Source of the DNA: Fimicolochytrium jonesii
Lineage: Eukaryota
Length of the DNA: 64,000 nt
Assembly (NCBI RefSeq): GCF_025526975.1
Contig: NW_026515672.1
Coordinates: forward strand, 372,001 to 436,000
Direction: 5' to 3'
The position numbers and the translations under genes were made by a program. The notes beneath the pieces are model-generated. The model saw nothing but the letters and a program-made list of their open reading frames with translations. It had not been told where the DNA came from and did not search any database. Within the stretch, counting starts at the first letter, position 1. Every line of letters starts with the position of its first letter. This document shows, piece after piece, positions 24,460-35,366 of the stretch.

Positions 24460-25238
24460 AGCAAAGCACTACTACGAAGATGCAACCGTCCACATAGTTG
24501 TCGAAGACACAGTGTTCGCTGTGCAACAAGTCCTTGCTGAAGAAGGATTCCAGCTACTTTGATACGATGTTTACGGGACCGTGGCGTGAGGCACAAGACG
24601 CTGCAGGCCCGCAGGCATGCCTGATCGAGCCACGTCGGATGCGTGAGGTGCATTTCAAAAGTCTTAAACAGCGGGACTTCAACGTGTTCCTGGACCTCAT
24701 TTAAGAGTGGGATGGGACGATATCGTTGCTCGGCATCTCTCAGCTTCCTGGGCTGCTCTGCACGTCGGAGTATCTGCAAGCAAATTATTTTCAAACACCA
24801 GCGACGAATGCTCTTCCGACACTCGCAAAGCAGGATTCAACCGCATTCGCCCGCGCCATAGTCGAAGCTCCTGCTCTCCTGAGCATGGAACTTGTCCGCA
24901 ATGAGTTTCTCGCTTTCCTCAAGTCAGCGCCGCACGAGATGCGGCTTGTGCTTCTAGCCATTGCGGAGCAGTTTGGACTTCAAAAGCTATTCGCCGATGA
25001 TTTCAAGGCGATGTGGCCACGCAAGCCCTACTTAAATCCCGTTTTTAGTAATCTCTCCATGGAGCTGCGCTACCGTCTTCTAATCCACATGACAGACTGC
25101 ACTTGCCGCGAAAGATACACGGGCGTCCAAGCATATATAATCAAATCGGTCACCACGTATCGCGGGTACTTCCACATCTACCTGCCTAGCATTGTGATAG
25201 TTACTGTACGTAGTTCGCTATTTGCAATTCCGTATTGA
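24460..25238 (+). pseudogene. BTB/POZ-domain protein pseudogene
   Basis: YYEDATVHIVVEDTVFAV, then a frameshift at about 24524, then KSLLKKDSSYFDTMFTGPWREAQ...FNVFLDLI* (in-frame TAA 24702-24704 where Y is expected). The same frame continues into ORF 24726-25238. Confidence 0.75.
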
Positions 25239-25503
25239 GTGGGGAAGAGAAAGAAGAGGTCTCGTATCATTTTGGCTGATTGCGTGTCTCTATCCAGCAG
25301 TGATGATGAATGAACATCCTATTCTGGCAGTTGCGTGATACAGAACAAATTACACAGATTCAAAAATGGATAGAAGGGGATAGTGCGACTACTAGTTGAA
25401 ATGAACTGAAGTGATGCAACAGAAATGACATGAGATGTCACTGAAAATGTAAAGAGGATTCTCTCAGTCCTGTAGAGACGCGATGGTCCAAGTATTCATA
25501 GGA

Positions 25504-27105
25504 TCAGAAATCCGTGTACGGTCTGAACTCGCTCCAGACCTCCGCCTTCTCCTTCATCCAATCTTTTTCAAATGAGTCTACGCCGTTCCAGATCTTACTC
25601 AACCTCTCCTGCTTATACTCCGTCCAGCTCTCGTCAGCAGGAACTCCGCGTCTCGCAAACGTGGTCCATTCACAACGCATGCGGTCGGAAAGGCGACGGT
25701 ATTGGCCGCCGAAACTGAGTGCAATGGCTGCGTAGCTCATTAGGTTCGAGTTGTAGGTGCCGAATACGAATGGAATTTCAGTTGCGTGCGTGGCACTGCG
25801 TTTGAGTAAACGTTCAAGGGTTAGATCGAGCGAAATAAGAAACAGACTTTTCTGGCTTTGAAGTCGGTCATACCCCATCCCAGTCCACCGTAGAACAACT
25901 GGCGCGTAATCGAATCGGTACATGTAAGTGGGGCCAGATTTCGTATGGCCTTCAGCGAAACGCTGCGTGGGGATGCAGAACGCGATATCGCTGGCCAATC
26001 GTAGACGGGCGGGCAAAGCCGGGAAGCCCGGGTACGCGGCTTGGATTTGAGCGCCCGCTTGCGTGTTGGAAGAGAAGTAGCGCTCGATTTGCAGCTCGGT
26101 GAGCGGAACCGCGGGATGTTTTGGATCCATCGTGTGGAAGAGGTTGGCTTCGTCCTTGTTGACGCCTAGCATGAGCGGTATATCCTTTGCATATCCGTTT
26201 CGGATTGCGGCGAGAGGATCCTGTGGTATGATATTGCCATCGACGATGGGGCTGAAGGGCATCACTCCTGGTCGTTCCAGGACCATTTTGTGGAAAACGG
26301 CACGAGCAGCTGAAACCAACTCGTCGGCAGGCACCGCTCTCAGCGCCGAAGCGTCCGGCTTAGAGAGACCCAGCTCCCTCAAGACGTTATTGCCAACCAT
26401 AAGGGCTTCCGAACGACTATGGACCGATGTCGGCAAAGGACTCTGAGCGATGGCACGATGAAACAGCCCTTTGGCAGACGGCATTGCCATCAAGGTGGTG
26501 ACAGCGTTTCCACCAGCGGACTCTCCAAAGATCGTGACGCAGCTGGGATCGCCACCAAATGCTTCGATGTTGTTCTTTACCCAGCGCAAAGCAGCAACCT
26601 GGTCTTGCATTCCCAAGTTTGTCTCGATGTCTGGGATGTCCACATATAGGAATCCAAAGGAGCTCAAGCGATAATTGATCGTCACAATCACCACGTCTCC
26701 AGTTCGAACCAAATGCTCGCCATTGTACGCCGGCGTACTTCCCGAACCCGTCATATAAGCGCCTCCGTGGATCCAAACCATAACAGGCTTCTTGGCATCT
26801 GCTGGCAGACTGCTCGGCGCCCATACATTCAAGTAGAGGCAGTCCTCATCCTGCTCTGCTCCCTGCGAGACATATTTGTTCAAGCCCCAGTATCCCTGCG
26901 GGGATACCGTTCCGAAGTTCTTTGCGGAACGCACTCCCTCCCAGCCGTTGGGTCCCTGGGGCGGTCGAAATCGCAGATCACCAATGGGCGGCTTTGCAAA
27001 AGGGACGCCGCGCCAGACCGCGACGTCGCCGGTCGAATCCACCGGAACCCCTTCCACCTTGCCATACTGCGTTTCGACGATGAAAGGACTTGTTTTGAGC
27101 TGCAT
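25504..27105 (-). CDS. Type-B carboxylesterase (alpha/beta hydrolase), bacterial pnbA/LipT-like
   Basis: EDCLYLNVW, VMVWIHGGAY, nucleophile FGESAGG, acid E in NKDE, His in ATHATE. Probable 78-nt in-frame intron 25796-25873. No signal peptide. Confidence 0.93.
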   Translation of the reverse strand: MQLKTSPFIVETQYGKVEGVPVDSTGDVAVWRGVPFAKPPIGDLRFRPPQGPNGWEGVRSAKNFGTVSPQGYWGLNKYVSQGAEQDEDCLYLNVWAPSSLPADAKKPVMVWIHGGAYMTGSGSTPAYNGEHLVRTGDVVIVTINYRLSSFGFLYVDIPDIETNLGMQDQVAALRWVKNNIEAFGGDPSCVTIFGESAGGNAVTTLMAMPSAKGLFHRAIAQSPLPTSVHSRSEALMVGNNVLRELGLSKPDASALRAVPADELVSAARAVFHKMVLERPGVMPFSPIVDGNIIPQDPLAAIRNGYAKDIPLMLGVNKDEANLFHTMDPKHPAVPLTELQIERYFSSNTQAGAQIQAAYPGFPALPARLRLASDIAFCIPTQRFAEGHTKSGPTYMYRFDYAPVVLRWTGMGYDRLQSQKSLFLISLDLTLERLLKRSATHATEIPFVFGTYNSNLMSYAAIALSFGGQYRRLSDRMRCEWTTFARRGVPADESWTEYKQERLSKIWNGVDSFEKDWMKEKAEVWSEFRPYTDF

Positions 27106-27666
27106 GTTGTGTGGGGGCAGTGGGCGATGGCGATGGCTTGTGAGAGGGAGTAAGCACCGTTAACACAGCTCTCAAGCGCGTGACGCACCTTTAGTAAAAG
27201 CGTTGAAGCGGCGCCTCATCAAGTCACGCATCCAACCTTGCAATGGTTGATTGATTCCAGAGCAAACGGGGACCATGATCCAAGCGAAGACAGTTCTGCC
27301 CGCCACTCACTATGCTGCTACCAGAAGTCCCAGGCACGAAAGCAACCTCCATCGGGCAGTGCATTCCGCCACAGAGCCATGGAATTCTGTGTCTGGAAAC
27401 TGGAACAGCTTCCGAGTGTGGTGCAAGGACAGTTGAACGCGTCTGTTGATCATCGAGATGTGGCTTACGCGTGCGGTGTGACTTGAAATTGAGGCACCAG
27501 AGGCACCCTTGGCTCACGTCTCCGGCACCGCACCGCATTAAAACCGGTCTCCACAATGTGATCTACTGTACATCGGTATCCGAGGGTGTTGCTCTTTCAG
27601 TCCAGCGCATCGCACCTATTTTTTACTGCGGAAACAGTCGCTGGTCGACCTAATATCTCGCTTAGC

Positions 27667-28873
27667 ATGGCCGAGAAATCCACCGCCAACGCTCTCGAGA
27701 CCTGCGAGGGCAACAATCTCGTCCGCGACACCGCCCGGTTCGATTTCACCACGCTCTTGTCGCTGAGCACCGCACCGCGAGCCTTCCGCTTCTGGTTAAT
27801 CGCCTTCATCTGCGCTCTCCTCGCCACCCTCATCACCTTCTACTCCATCTTCACCCACCTGCGCCGCTGGGTCAGGCCAAGCGAGCAGAAACATGTCGTC
27901 CGCATCCTCCTCCTCGTGCCTATCTACGCTTGCATCAGCTGGGCGGGATTCTACTGGTACCGCGATGTCGTGTACTTTGATGTCATTGAGCATGTGTATG
28001 AGGCCGTCGTGATCTACTCGTTCTTGTCGTTGATCCTTGTCTACCTCGGCGAGAACATCAATGCCCAGCGGCTCCTGCTAAAGGACAAGGCCCAAATGAA
28101 ATATCCGTTCCCGTTCCGGTTCTGGACGTACGACCCTACCTCAGCGTCGTTTCTGCTTGATATCAAGGTCATGATCTTGCAGTATGTCGTCGTCCGCCCG
28201 CTCTTGGCTGTCGTCGCTGTTGTGCTGCAGAGCCACCACAAGTTCTGTATGGAGAGCATGGCGCCTACGTACGGCCACTTTTCCTTCGTCGTCATCAACT
28301 TCATCTCAGTAACCTTTGCTCTGTTTGGGTTGTTGACGCTGTACATGACTGTGCGTCACGATGTTGCTCATCGCAAGGTCACAGCAAAGGTAATGTTCCA
28401 CTTTTACCTCAAAGCCGTCTTACCTCTCATACATCCTAACACTGCATCAATCTTCCCCACCCTAGTTTCTCGCAATCAAAGCTGTCATCTTTCTCACCTT
28501 CCTCCAACAAACCGTTCTCTCCCTGCTAGCACACAAGGACGTGATCCCCGCCCTTGTCTACTGGACACCCTTCAACATCGCAAGCGGAAGCAACGCCTTC
28601 CTCGTCTGCGTCGAAATGGCCCTCGCAAGTATTGTCCATTTCAAGGTCTTCTCTGTCAAGGAGTACGACAACGAGAATCTTGGCCTCACCGTGGCTGGGG
28701 TCCCGGATGCGGAGAGGGCGACCTGGCCGGAGACGCAGCATCGCATTGGAGCATTTACGGCTCTTGGGCAGGCGCTCAACCCTATGGATATCCTCAGGGA
28801 TGTATGGAGCGCGATGAAGTATATGGGGTTGTGGATGAAGCATGGGCTGAAGCCGGAGCATTGGGAGAAGTGA
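27667..28873 (+). CDS. OST-alpha/TMEM184 family multi-pass membrane protein
   Basis: EQKHVVRILLLVPIYA..SW, YEAVVIYSF, LQYVVVRP, K|FLAIKAVIFLTFLQQ, LVCVEM. One intron at about 28390-28465. Confidence 0.9.
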
Positions 28874-29547
28874 GATGAATACTAGTAGTTGATGTCAGTG
28901 TGTATTTTATACCCGGCGTACCGGCATAAGCTACTAGACAGCAAGAAGACTTCAATCCCTACTCCATAATGTGTGTACATACATGCTACCAATGCAATAT
29001 TATCCCTTTCTGACTGGAAACACCATCGCATTGCTCCATCGAAGGGTGATTACGAAAAGTCGGATGACGCTTTGACCATCGCAGAGGAAACAAACGTTGT
29101 TGCTTGCTTTTATTTCTATTTACATTTAAAATACATGGAATGATCCGGTGCTAGGCGAACTTCCACTTGCATTCGTCGTTCGCGGTATTAGGAAGGCCTT
29201 CCCGCGCATGCGATTAACGGCTTGACCCTTATCTCCGCGTAGCTTCGAGAGTGAATGGACAGATAAAGCAAAGGCAGGGCGGAACGCACGGCAGTTCATG
29301 TTAAAGAGTCGAACGTAGTTATTGGCGCAAGGGATGGTGGTGCGGGCAGAGGTCCGTTTCGAAAGGTGGGACAAAAGACTTCCGTCCGTGATATTTGGTA
29401 TCGCAGGCTCGTAGAAACATGCTTCATCTTCTCCCTCCCAATCGTATCGTATCGCATCGTCTCGCAGAAGCTGCCTATCCGCATTCCATATCTCCCCCAT
29501 TCCTCATATCCCCCGTTCCCACACTCTGATCTCCCACCATCCTCACC

Positions 29548-29724
29548 CTACGACGACCCCGTGACCGACGCCCTCCTTGAACCCGCAGGCGATACCCCTC
29601 CGAAACCAGGGTGTACGACGGCCTTCTTGCCCCGAGCGTCAATGTAGTGGTATACGACGATGAGTGTGAACACGAGCCCGCCGAGCGTGTTGACTGCGGC
29701 CATTAGTTGATCGTCTGTCATCAT
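29548..29724 (-). CDS. OST4: Oligosaccharyltransferase 4-kDa subunit Ost4 (58 aa; below ORF-track cutoff)
   Basis: Manual translation MMTDDQLMAAVNTLGGLVFTLIVVYHYIDARGKK...GSS* matches the Ost4 pattern M(I)xDxQL...N.LG...L(I/V)VxYH. Confidence 0.88.
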   Translation of the reverse strand: MMTDDQLMAAVNTLGGLVFTLIVVYHYIDARGKKAVVHPGFGGVSPAGSRRASVTGSS

Positions 29725-30351
29725 TTTGAGTGCGTGTTTTTTTGATGAACGTAAGGGCGAGGGTGGTGATGGGTATGACGGCTCGGGCGGAGGCCAGTGG
29801 GTGGCTGTTTCCGAAGGTAATGTGCGCTGTCAACGCTTTGTGCGGTTGTTGATGTTGGCTGCTGAGGTTGTGGAATTCGCGGAAGGAATGCCGGAAGCGG
29901 TCGCGGACTTGGATCTGGAGAGTCAACGCGTCTCGTCGACAGCACGCCCGCTTTCTCACCAAGTAGGTGCTTCCTTTGTCGAAGCCTTCTTCAGACATCA
30001 TATGTTAGGCCGTCCAAATAATTGAGCGGTTCCTCCCATGACAATCATAATGTTATCGACTTAAGCCGCATCTATTAATATGATGTGAAAACCTACGTCT
30101 TGTGGGTATCTGTAAAACTCTAATGTCTCAACACCCCAAAACTGTTCCGTCTATCACGACCGAGCCCCCGCGACCGAATAAAGGGTGGCCCTCAGCATAC
30201 GCATAAAAACCGTTCCTAAGTACTGGATAGGCGAGACCCAAGCACGTGGGATGTTGCGTTCGACCCGAGAAGATAGGTAAACGGGCGCCACATCCACATC
30301 AATCCACGCCTCCCATTCGAAGGCTTCCAGAAGTCCCATTCCAAAATCTTG

Positions 30352-32163
30352 CTAAACAGGTTCCAAGCCTCCTCCGCCACTCCGCCCCCTCTCATCGTCG
30401 CAGTCCGCGAACAATCGTGACGACGCGCTGCATTGACCGTTGATTTCAGCCCCTCGCTTCATTAGCGACGGAGACACCAGCGTCGGAAATGGGGACGTGT
30501 CATCATCCTCAAACACTGATGGAGGAGCGCGTGACGATGGAGCTAGAAGCGCGATATTTCTCGTAGACGATTGTTGGCCCATCCCAATAAAGCGACCGCT
30601 CCTGCCACCCTCGTGTGCGGCGGAGAACCCCTGCTGATGGCTGTTCTGCGAGGATGATTTAGAGGACGTGCCCGAGGTCACTGGTTTTCGTAACGTGGTT
30701 GAAGCTCCTGCTGCTGTTGAGACACGGGTCTCGGATGACCCTTTGTTGGAGCGGTTGCGTTGCAGTCCTACTTGGATGCCGTAAACCCATATGGCTGTGA
30801 GTTGCGACAGAAGGAAGCTCAGTTAGGTCTCAAGAGGAGGTCCGATCACGGTACTCTGGTCGTTCGGATACATTACTTGCAAAAATCACCGGACAGATGA
30901 GTAAGGAACGCATCGACAGCAAGAAGCTGATGCCACCCATGGATTCTGGAGAGCGGACAGCCACCGTCCATATTATAACGGCAAATTGCGTCATTGGGAC
31001 GCTGTATCCGGAAAACCTTGCGGTTTGCCGGGATACTTGGACCTGGCGGAATATCAAGCATCAGAGGCGAGCACCGAAAAGTGTTGTCAAATCACGATCG
31101 TTTGTACTCACCACTTGAATCACACGTCGGACATCCTCACGGGGACCACTGGCATGTTCCTCGGCCGCAGGCCCTGCCAGGTTGCACAACGGCTCATTAA
31201 CTGTAGAGCTGCGGAGCCTCTGAATTTTCGTCCCTATTGACAGAGCCAGTGAGAGAGAGTTTTGCATGGGATAATGAAGTCGCCCCTAGACGCTTACCGG
31301 TGACTGCAGAATCGTTTACAAAATCCGCAGCTTCTTCCAAGTGCGCTAGCATCTGATTCATAGAAGTCCGCGCACAATTTTGAAGCACGGCGGTGCAAAT
31401 TAAAGAGCTCGTAGTGAACACGGCAAAAAAGAGAAATGCCTTCGCTGCATCACGCTTCTGCAGGTAGAAGGCCCATCCGATGGACATGGATGCAATGAAA
31501 GTGTGGCAACACCCGAGAATTATGAGCAGCCGCCGCTCGATTTGCGAGTTCATAAGATCGAAACGGGCTTGAGCGGTGGGCGAAAACTCCTTTTGCTGCA
31601 GAAGGTCTCGAATTGGATCCGCCCACAGTTTTGCAATGCACACCTGTAAAATATGTGTCCGAAGTCAGCATTGCCTCTTGTCACGTACGCCTGCGCTTTA
31701 CGGGCTGTCTAGCACCGTGAGGAACTCCCACCTGATAGAAGTTTGCAGCCAGCCCTGTCCCATACCACAATAGCACGGCAGTCCCTGGCGGAGCATCGAA
31801 CAGGAGGGCCAGGTACGTACCCGTATAACCTACAAGGTACGGGGTTACCGACTGAAGACAGTGCATGCAGCTCCCTAAACCCAAACGACTTGGACCGGCT
31901 GACCTTACGCACTGACCTAATGAGATTCCGACAGCAGTCAAGACAGGCTTCGCCAGAGCTGTAGAAGACCAATCGCGTTTTCTTCTCAGGAGCACGAAGA
32001 TGCTGATGATGCCGAGAAACAAGCCTGTTCCATAGAGCACAAGGTTCAAGGCAAAGATAAACACAAGCGCAGGCGACAAGATACAAGCAGAGGTAATAAC
32101 GAAGCCATTATCGAGAGACTGAGACTGATAATCGCGAAGGTTCAGAGGGTGACAAGTTGCCAT
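30352..32163 (-). CDS. Multi-pass membrane protein (possibly GPCR-like) with Ser-rich cytoplasmic tail; spliced
   Basis: Several hydrophobic segments in ORFs 31681-32163, 31197-31643 and about 30830-31140, separated by GT-AG introns. The family was not identified. Confidence 0.55.
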
Positions 32164-32780
32164 GCTAGTTCGAAAAAAAGGAGGTTGATTTGATAATGAG
32201 AAGGGCTTTTGGAGTGGAAAGTCCAGGGTCCTGCTGGCATATCAAGGAAGCCCTGGAGGGACCCTGGACTTTCCACTCGCAAGCGGACAAGCGTCTGCAT
32301 CCGTAGAGTCCAAAAAAGGGTTGGTTGCTTGAAATGGACACTCGATGGCGCAGCTGTGAATCCAGGAATTCGCGAGACCGGGAGCTCGGTGCTCAAACTC
32401 CTACAAGAAGCAAGCCAGGACAAAGGTCGTCAGACACCCGTCGGCATGGTGTGTAACAGCCTTTCTGGCTGCAGTGGGCCGTAGTGTTTCGCTTCTTTGT
32501 CGGAAGTCCTACCACCATATACACGTCTCCCTCCCAAAGTGCTCAGCCTGTTGGTCTCTTGGTCAGCTTCTGGAGTTCGAGTAACTGACTCTTTCAACAC
32601 GTCCCACCGCTGAAGCGGGGCTTTAACAGATATTCTTCGACTCGCTATGTACAACGACGATGTAGACACAACGGTATCTTGAATCTTGGGTATCTCATCA
32701 TTCATATACAGTTCAGGCTGTTCTGCGTTGGTCAAGTCGGCCGAAAACGGATACGGGACCACGCATAATCAAACATTTAA

Positions 32781-32975
32781 GCGAGCCCGAAAGCACGCGC
32801 CGGCGAACCCCGACTCACAGTATCCACAATACGAACCCCACTCATTACCGCCCTAGCAAGGCGCGAACAGTCGATTCCTGCTCCACCTCAACAAAGCCCG
32901 AGAGCTCTCGTTTCAACTCAGCAGAGACAACCTGTGCGTCGTACAGCTCCGAGAAACCGGTCGCAACCAACTCAA
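32781..32975 (-). ncRNA. Candidate Fanzor omegaRNA scaffold / element right end
   Basis: Directly 3' of the Fanzor stop. Four adjacent short hairpins (32849-32863, 32820-32832, 32799-32814, 32781-32798) each use a G-U pair only on the minus strand. Confidence 0.35.
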
Positions 32976-33825
32976 TCACACTACGGCATACGCTCTAGGC
33001 CTCTCTCCTTGATGAATGTAAACGTTTACTATCTTCATCATCGCAAGGATGGAAATGTTGTCGCGGTTGTAGTCACACATAAGTGTGTTGGCACCGGATC
33101 CAGCGACGGTCCGTCCCTGAGCTTCAAACAATCTCGGTTGGTACAATCGGCCAGGCCACGAAACTTCTCGTGATATCCTCTTGCCCGCATCCTGCGGTGA
33201 AGAGGGTGCTCATTTGCACCCGCTCTTGAGGCGATTTTCACATAAGGTAATAGAGGTGGTGGTGGGACAGTTTGCTTCAGTCGTGGGCCCCGCATCTTAA
33301 ACATCCTACTTCAGAAATTTGAGTGTCCCACAATGCATTCTAAACATTGCCTTCCTGTCCCGCGACCACCTCTAGTACCATAAAGCAAAGTGATGATGTG
33401 CGGAACTCGTCTGGTAAGATGCCCTTTATCTTCGTGCGCTTAAATATCTTGCGGAAACCCGTCGTCTTGGGTGAGATTTGGAACTTCATTGTCCGCCCGG
33501 CCTCGTTCCAGTTGCCCAGAACCACGACAACACCCATTCCAAACAACGCTTTCATTTGATTGATGACATCGGCCGCGGAACTTTTTGGCAGGGAGTAAGC
33601 TCGCAGGCGGAGTCGCCTCCACGTCTTCTCGCGGTAGACCTCTTTGAACTGTGCGGCGTTGAGATGCTGTATATGCAAGTATTGATCGAAGAGTGCGGAA
33701 TCGGTTCCTTTAGCCGAAGGGAGATTGGACTCCAGAGGTGCTATCCCTTCTCGCATTCGAGTTCGCTGGCGCCGGAAGTCTTTGGCTTTCGTTTCTTTAC
33801 AGCATTGCATCCAGAACGTCGTAGA
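32976..33825 (-). pseudogene. Fanzor (eukaryotic TnpB/Cas12 homolog) C-terminal half, frameshifted
   Basis: KETKAKDFRR...YREKTWRRLRLRAY...FGMGVVVVLGNWNEAGRTMKFQISPKTTGFRKIFKR...DEFRTSSLC, then RGLADCTNRDC, then in another frame YNRDNISILAMMKIV..GERP..*. The motif order is that of fungal Fanzor1. Confidence 0.82.
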
Positions 33826-34710
33826 ATGTTATCGCTGAGTTGCAGTTGCAGAATCCCGACGCAACGCCCGATTGCGCTGAAAAACAACTTCAGGGCTCCG
33901 TCATCTTGGCCTGCGGTAACGGCGAAAGCGCGCACGCTTGTTATCAAGTTTTGATTGGCGTTCAGAATGGGGGACAGCTCCTTCAAGCCCAACTCCAGTC
34001 GGTTGGGTCCCACGTCTATTGTGCGAAGTTGACGGCAGCTGTCGCTATCTGTGAGGCCCCATGCGATGGTGCGGAGGGCACCTTCTGATAGGCCGGCGTT
34101 ATGAAGGTTGAGCGTTTGAAGGGCGACACACTTTTCCAGGATTGAGCTCAAGGTGTCTACGAGTTCAGATTCCAAAGCGTTGTTCGACAGGTCGAGGCCG
34201 GTAATGGCCCAACAAAAGGTGCCAGTATTCAGAGCCAAAAGGTTTGATGGGCCTCAGCGCTTCGGAGGCATCCGGACTCCGGACATGATTTGAAAAAAGG
34301 CAGGCATTTTGGCTCCCATGCGAAGATATCATGTGGGAGGTGGGGGCATTGCAAATCGGATCGGCCCTGAATCTCACTGATAAGGCCAGCATATTGTGGC
34401 GATGCACATGGTGCGTGCTTATCCTTCACGCTTGGGAGTACCGGGTGTCGATGATGGATCCCAGGTCGATGGCTCTCAGGTTCGGTATGGCGTTGATGCC
34501 GATGATAAGCAAATCGGCGAGATCTGGTATGATGATCGTCTCGCGGAGAACGAGAGCAGTGATGGGTGGTGTGGCCCGGAAAGAGTTCCATGAACTTTCA
34601 CCAATTCCCCTTCCCATATTCCCGGGAGTTCCGCCAAATCGCGGAAGCTTGGGAAGTTTTGAAAGACGGTACGGACTTTGCACATACCCGGCCTCCCTCA
34701 CCGGCCACAT
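33741..34710 (-). pseudogene. RNI-like leucine-rich repeat protein fragment, abutting the Fanzor relic
   Basis: ITGLDLSNNAL, LQTLNLHNAGL, LRTIDVGPNRL, LQLQLSDNIL and upstream LRAIDLG. Broken into several frames. Confidence 0.65.
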
Positions 34711-35366
34711 CGTCTCTAACTCATCCGGTGCACCGTGCCTACCTATTACATCCCCATCCTCTGTGGGTCAGATGGCAGGCGATGGGAGGCGAGCAGGTCA
34801 GGGCTCTTGCTCTCTTTCATGGCCGCTCGAATCTGCCTTCTGCTATTATAGGTACCCGTTCACGGGATTCATCGAGCACTATCTCGCTAGAGTGCCGATG
34901 TGGACGTTTTGTCGTGACCCAGTCGTGACCTCGCTTCGTGGAGCGAAGGTGACGCAACTTCCAGGGGCTATATCTCCCGGGGCTTGCAAGGTTGACAACA
35001 CTGTGTTCCAAATAACTTTGACCGGCAATTCCTCCAGGCCGTTTATTATGCTTTATTGTTCGGAGTCGATGGCCGATAAGATTAACTCTGACTTTCGCAA
35101 ACGGCCGGCCTCACTGGCGGCGGAGCACACCATGGTGAATAGAGAATCTCCGAAAGGAAAGAGCTAAAGCCCTTAGCTTTGCGATTTGGGGTCGCATTGG
35201 AGTCAGAGTACGTTAACAGCTCGAGCTTCGCGTTCGTGGAAAGCGGTACCCGTAGGTGACCTATCATACTCGCAAACTAGTTGTGTCTCGGCACTTCAGA
35301 AAGGTGGGTTGATTAGAGTGTTTCCGGTACTGTCCAAAGCTGCTAACTTTTTCCCCCTATACTAAG

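Noticed and set aside
33890..33925. AGQDDG as the missing RuvC-I (GxDPG) motif of the Fanzor
   Set aside because: The context DDGALKLFFSAI followed by LQLSDN fits an RNI-type LRR helix better, so RuvC-I is treated as absent.
34331..35167. 278-aa + strand ORF
   Set aside because: No recognisable motifs, and it partly lies antisense to the LRR relic, so it is likely spurious.
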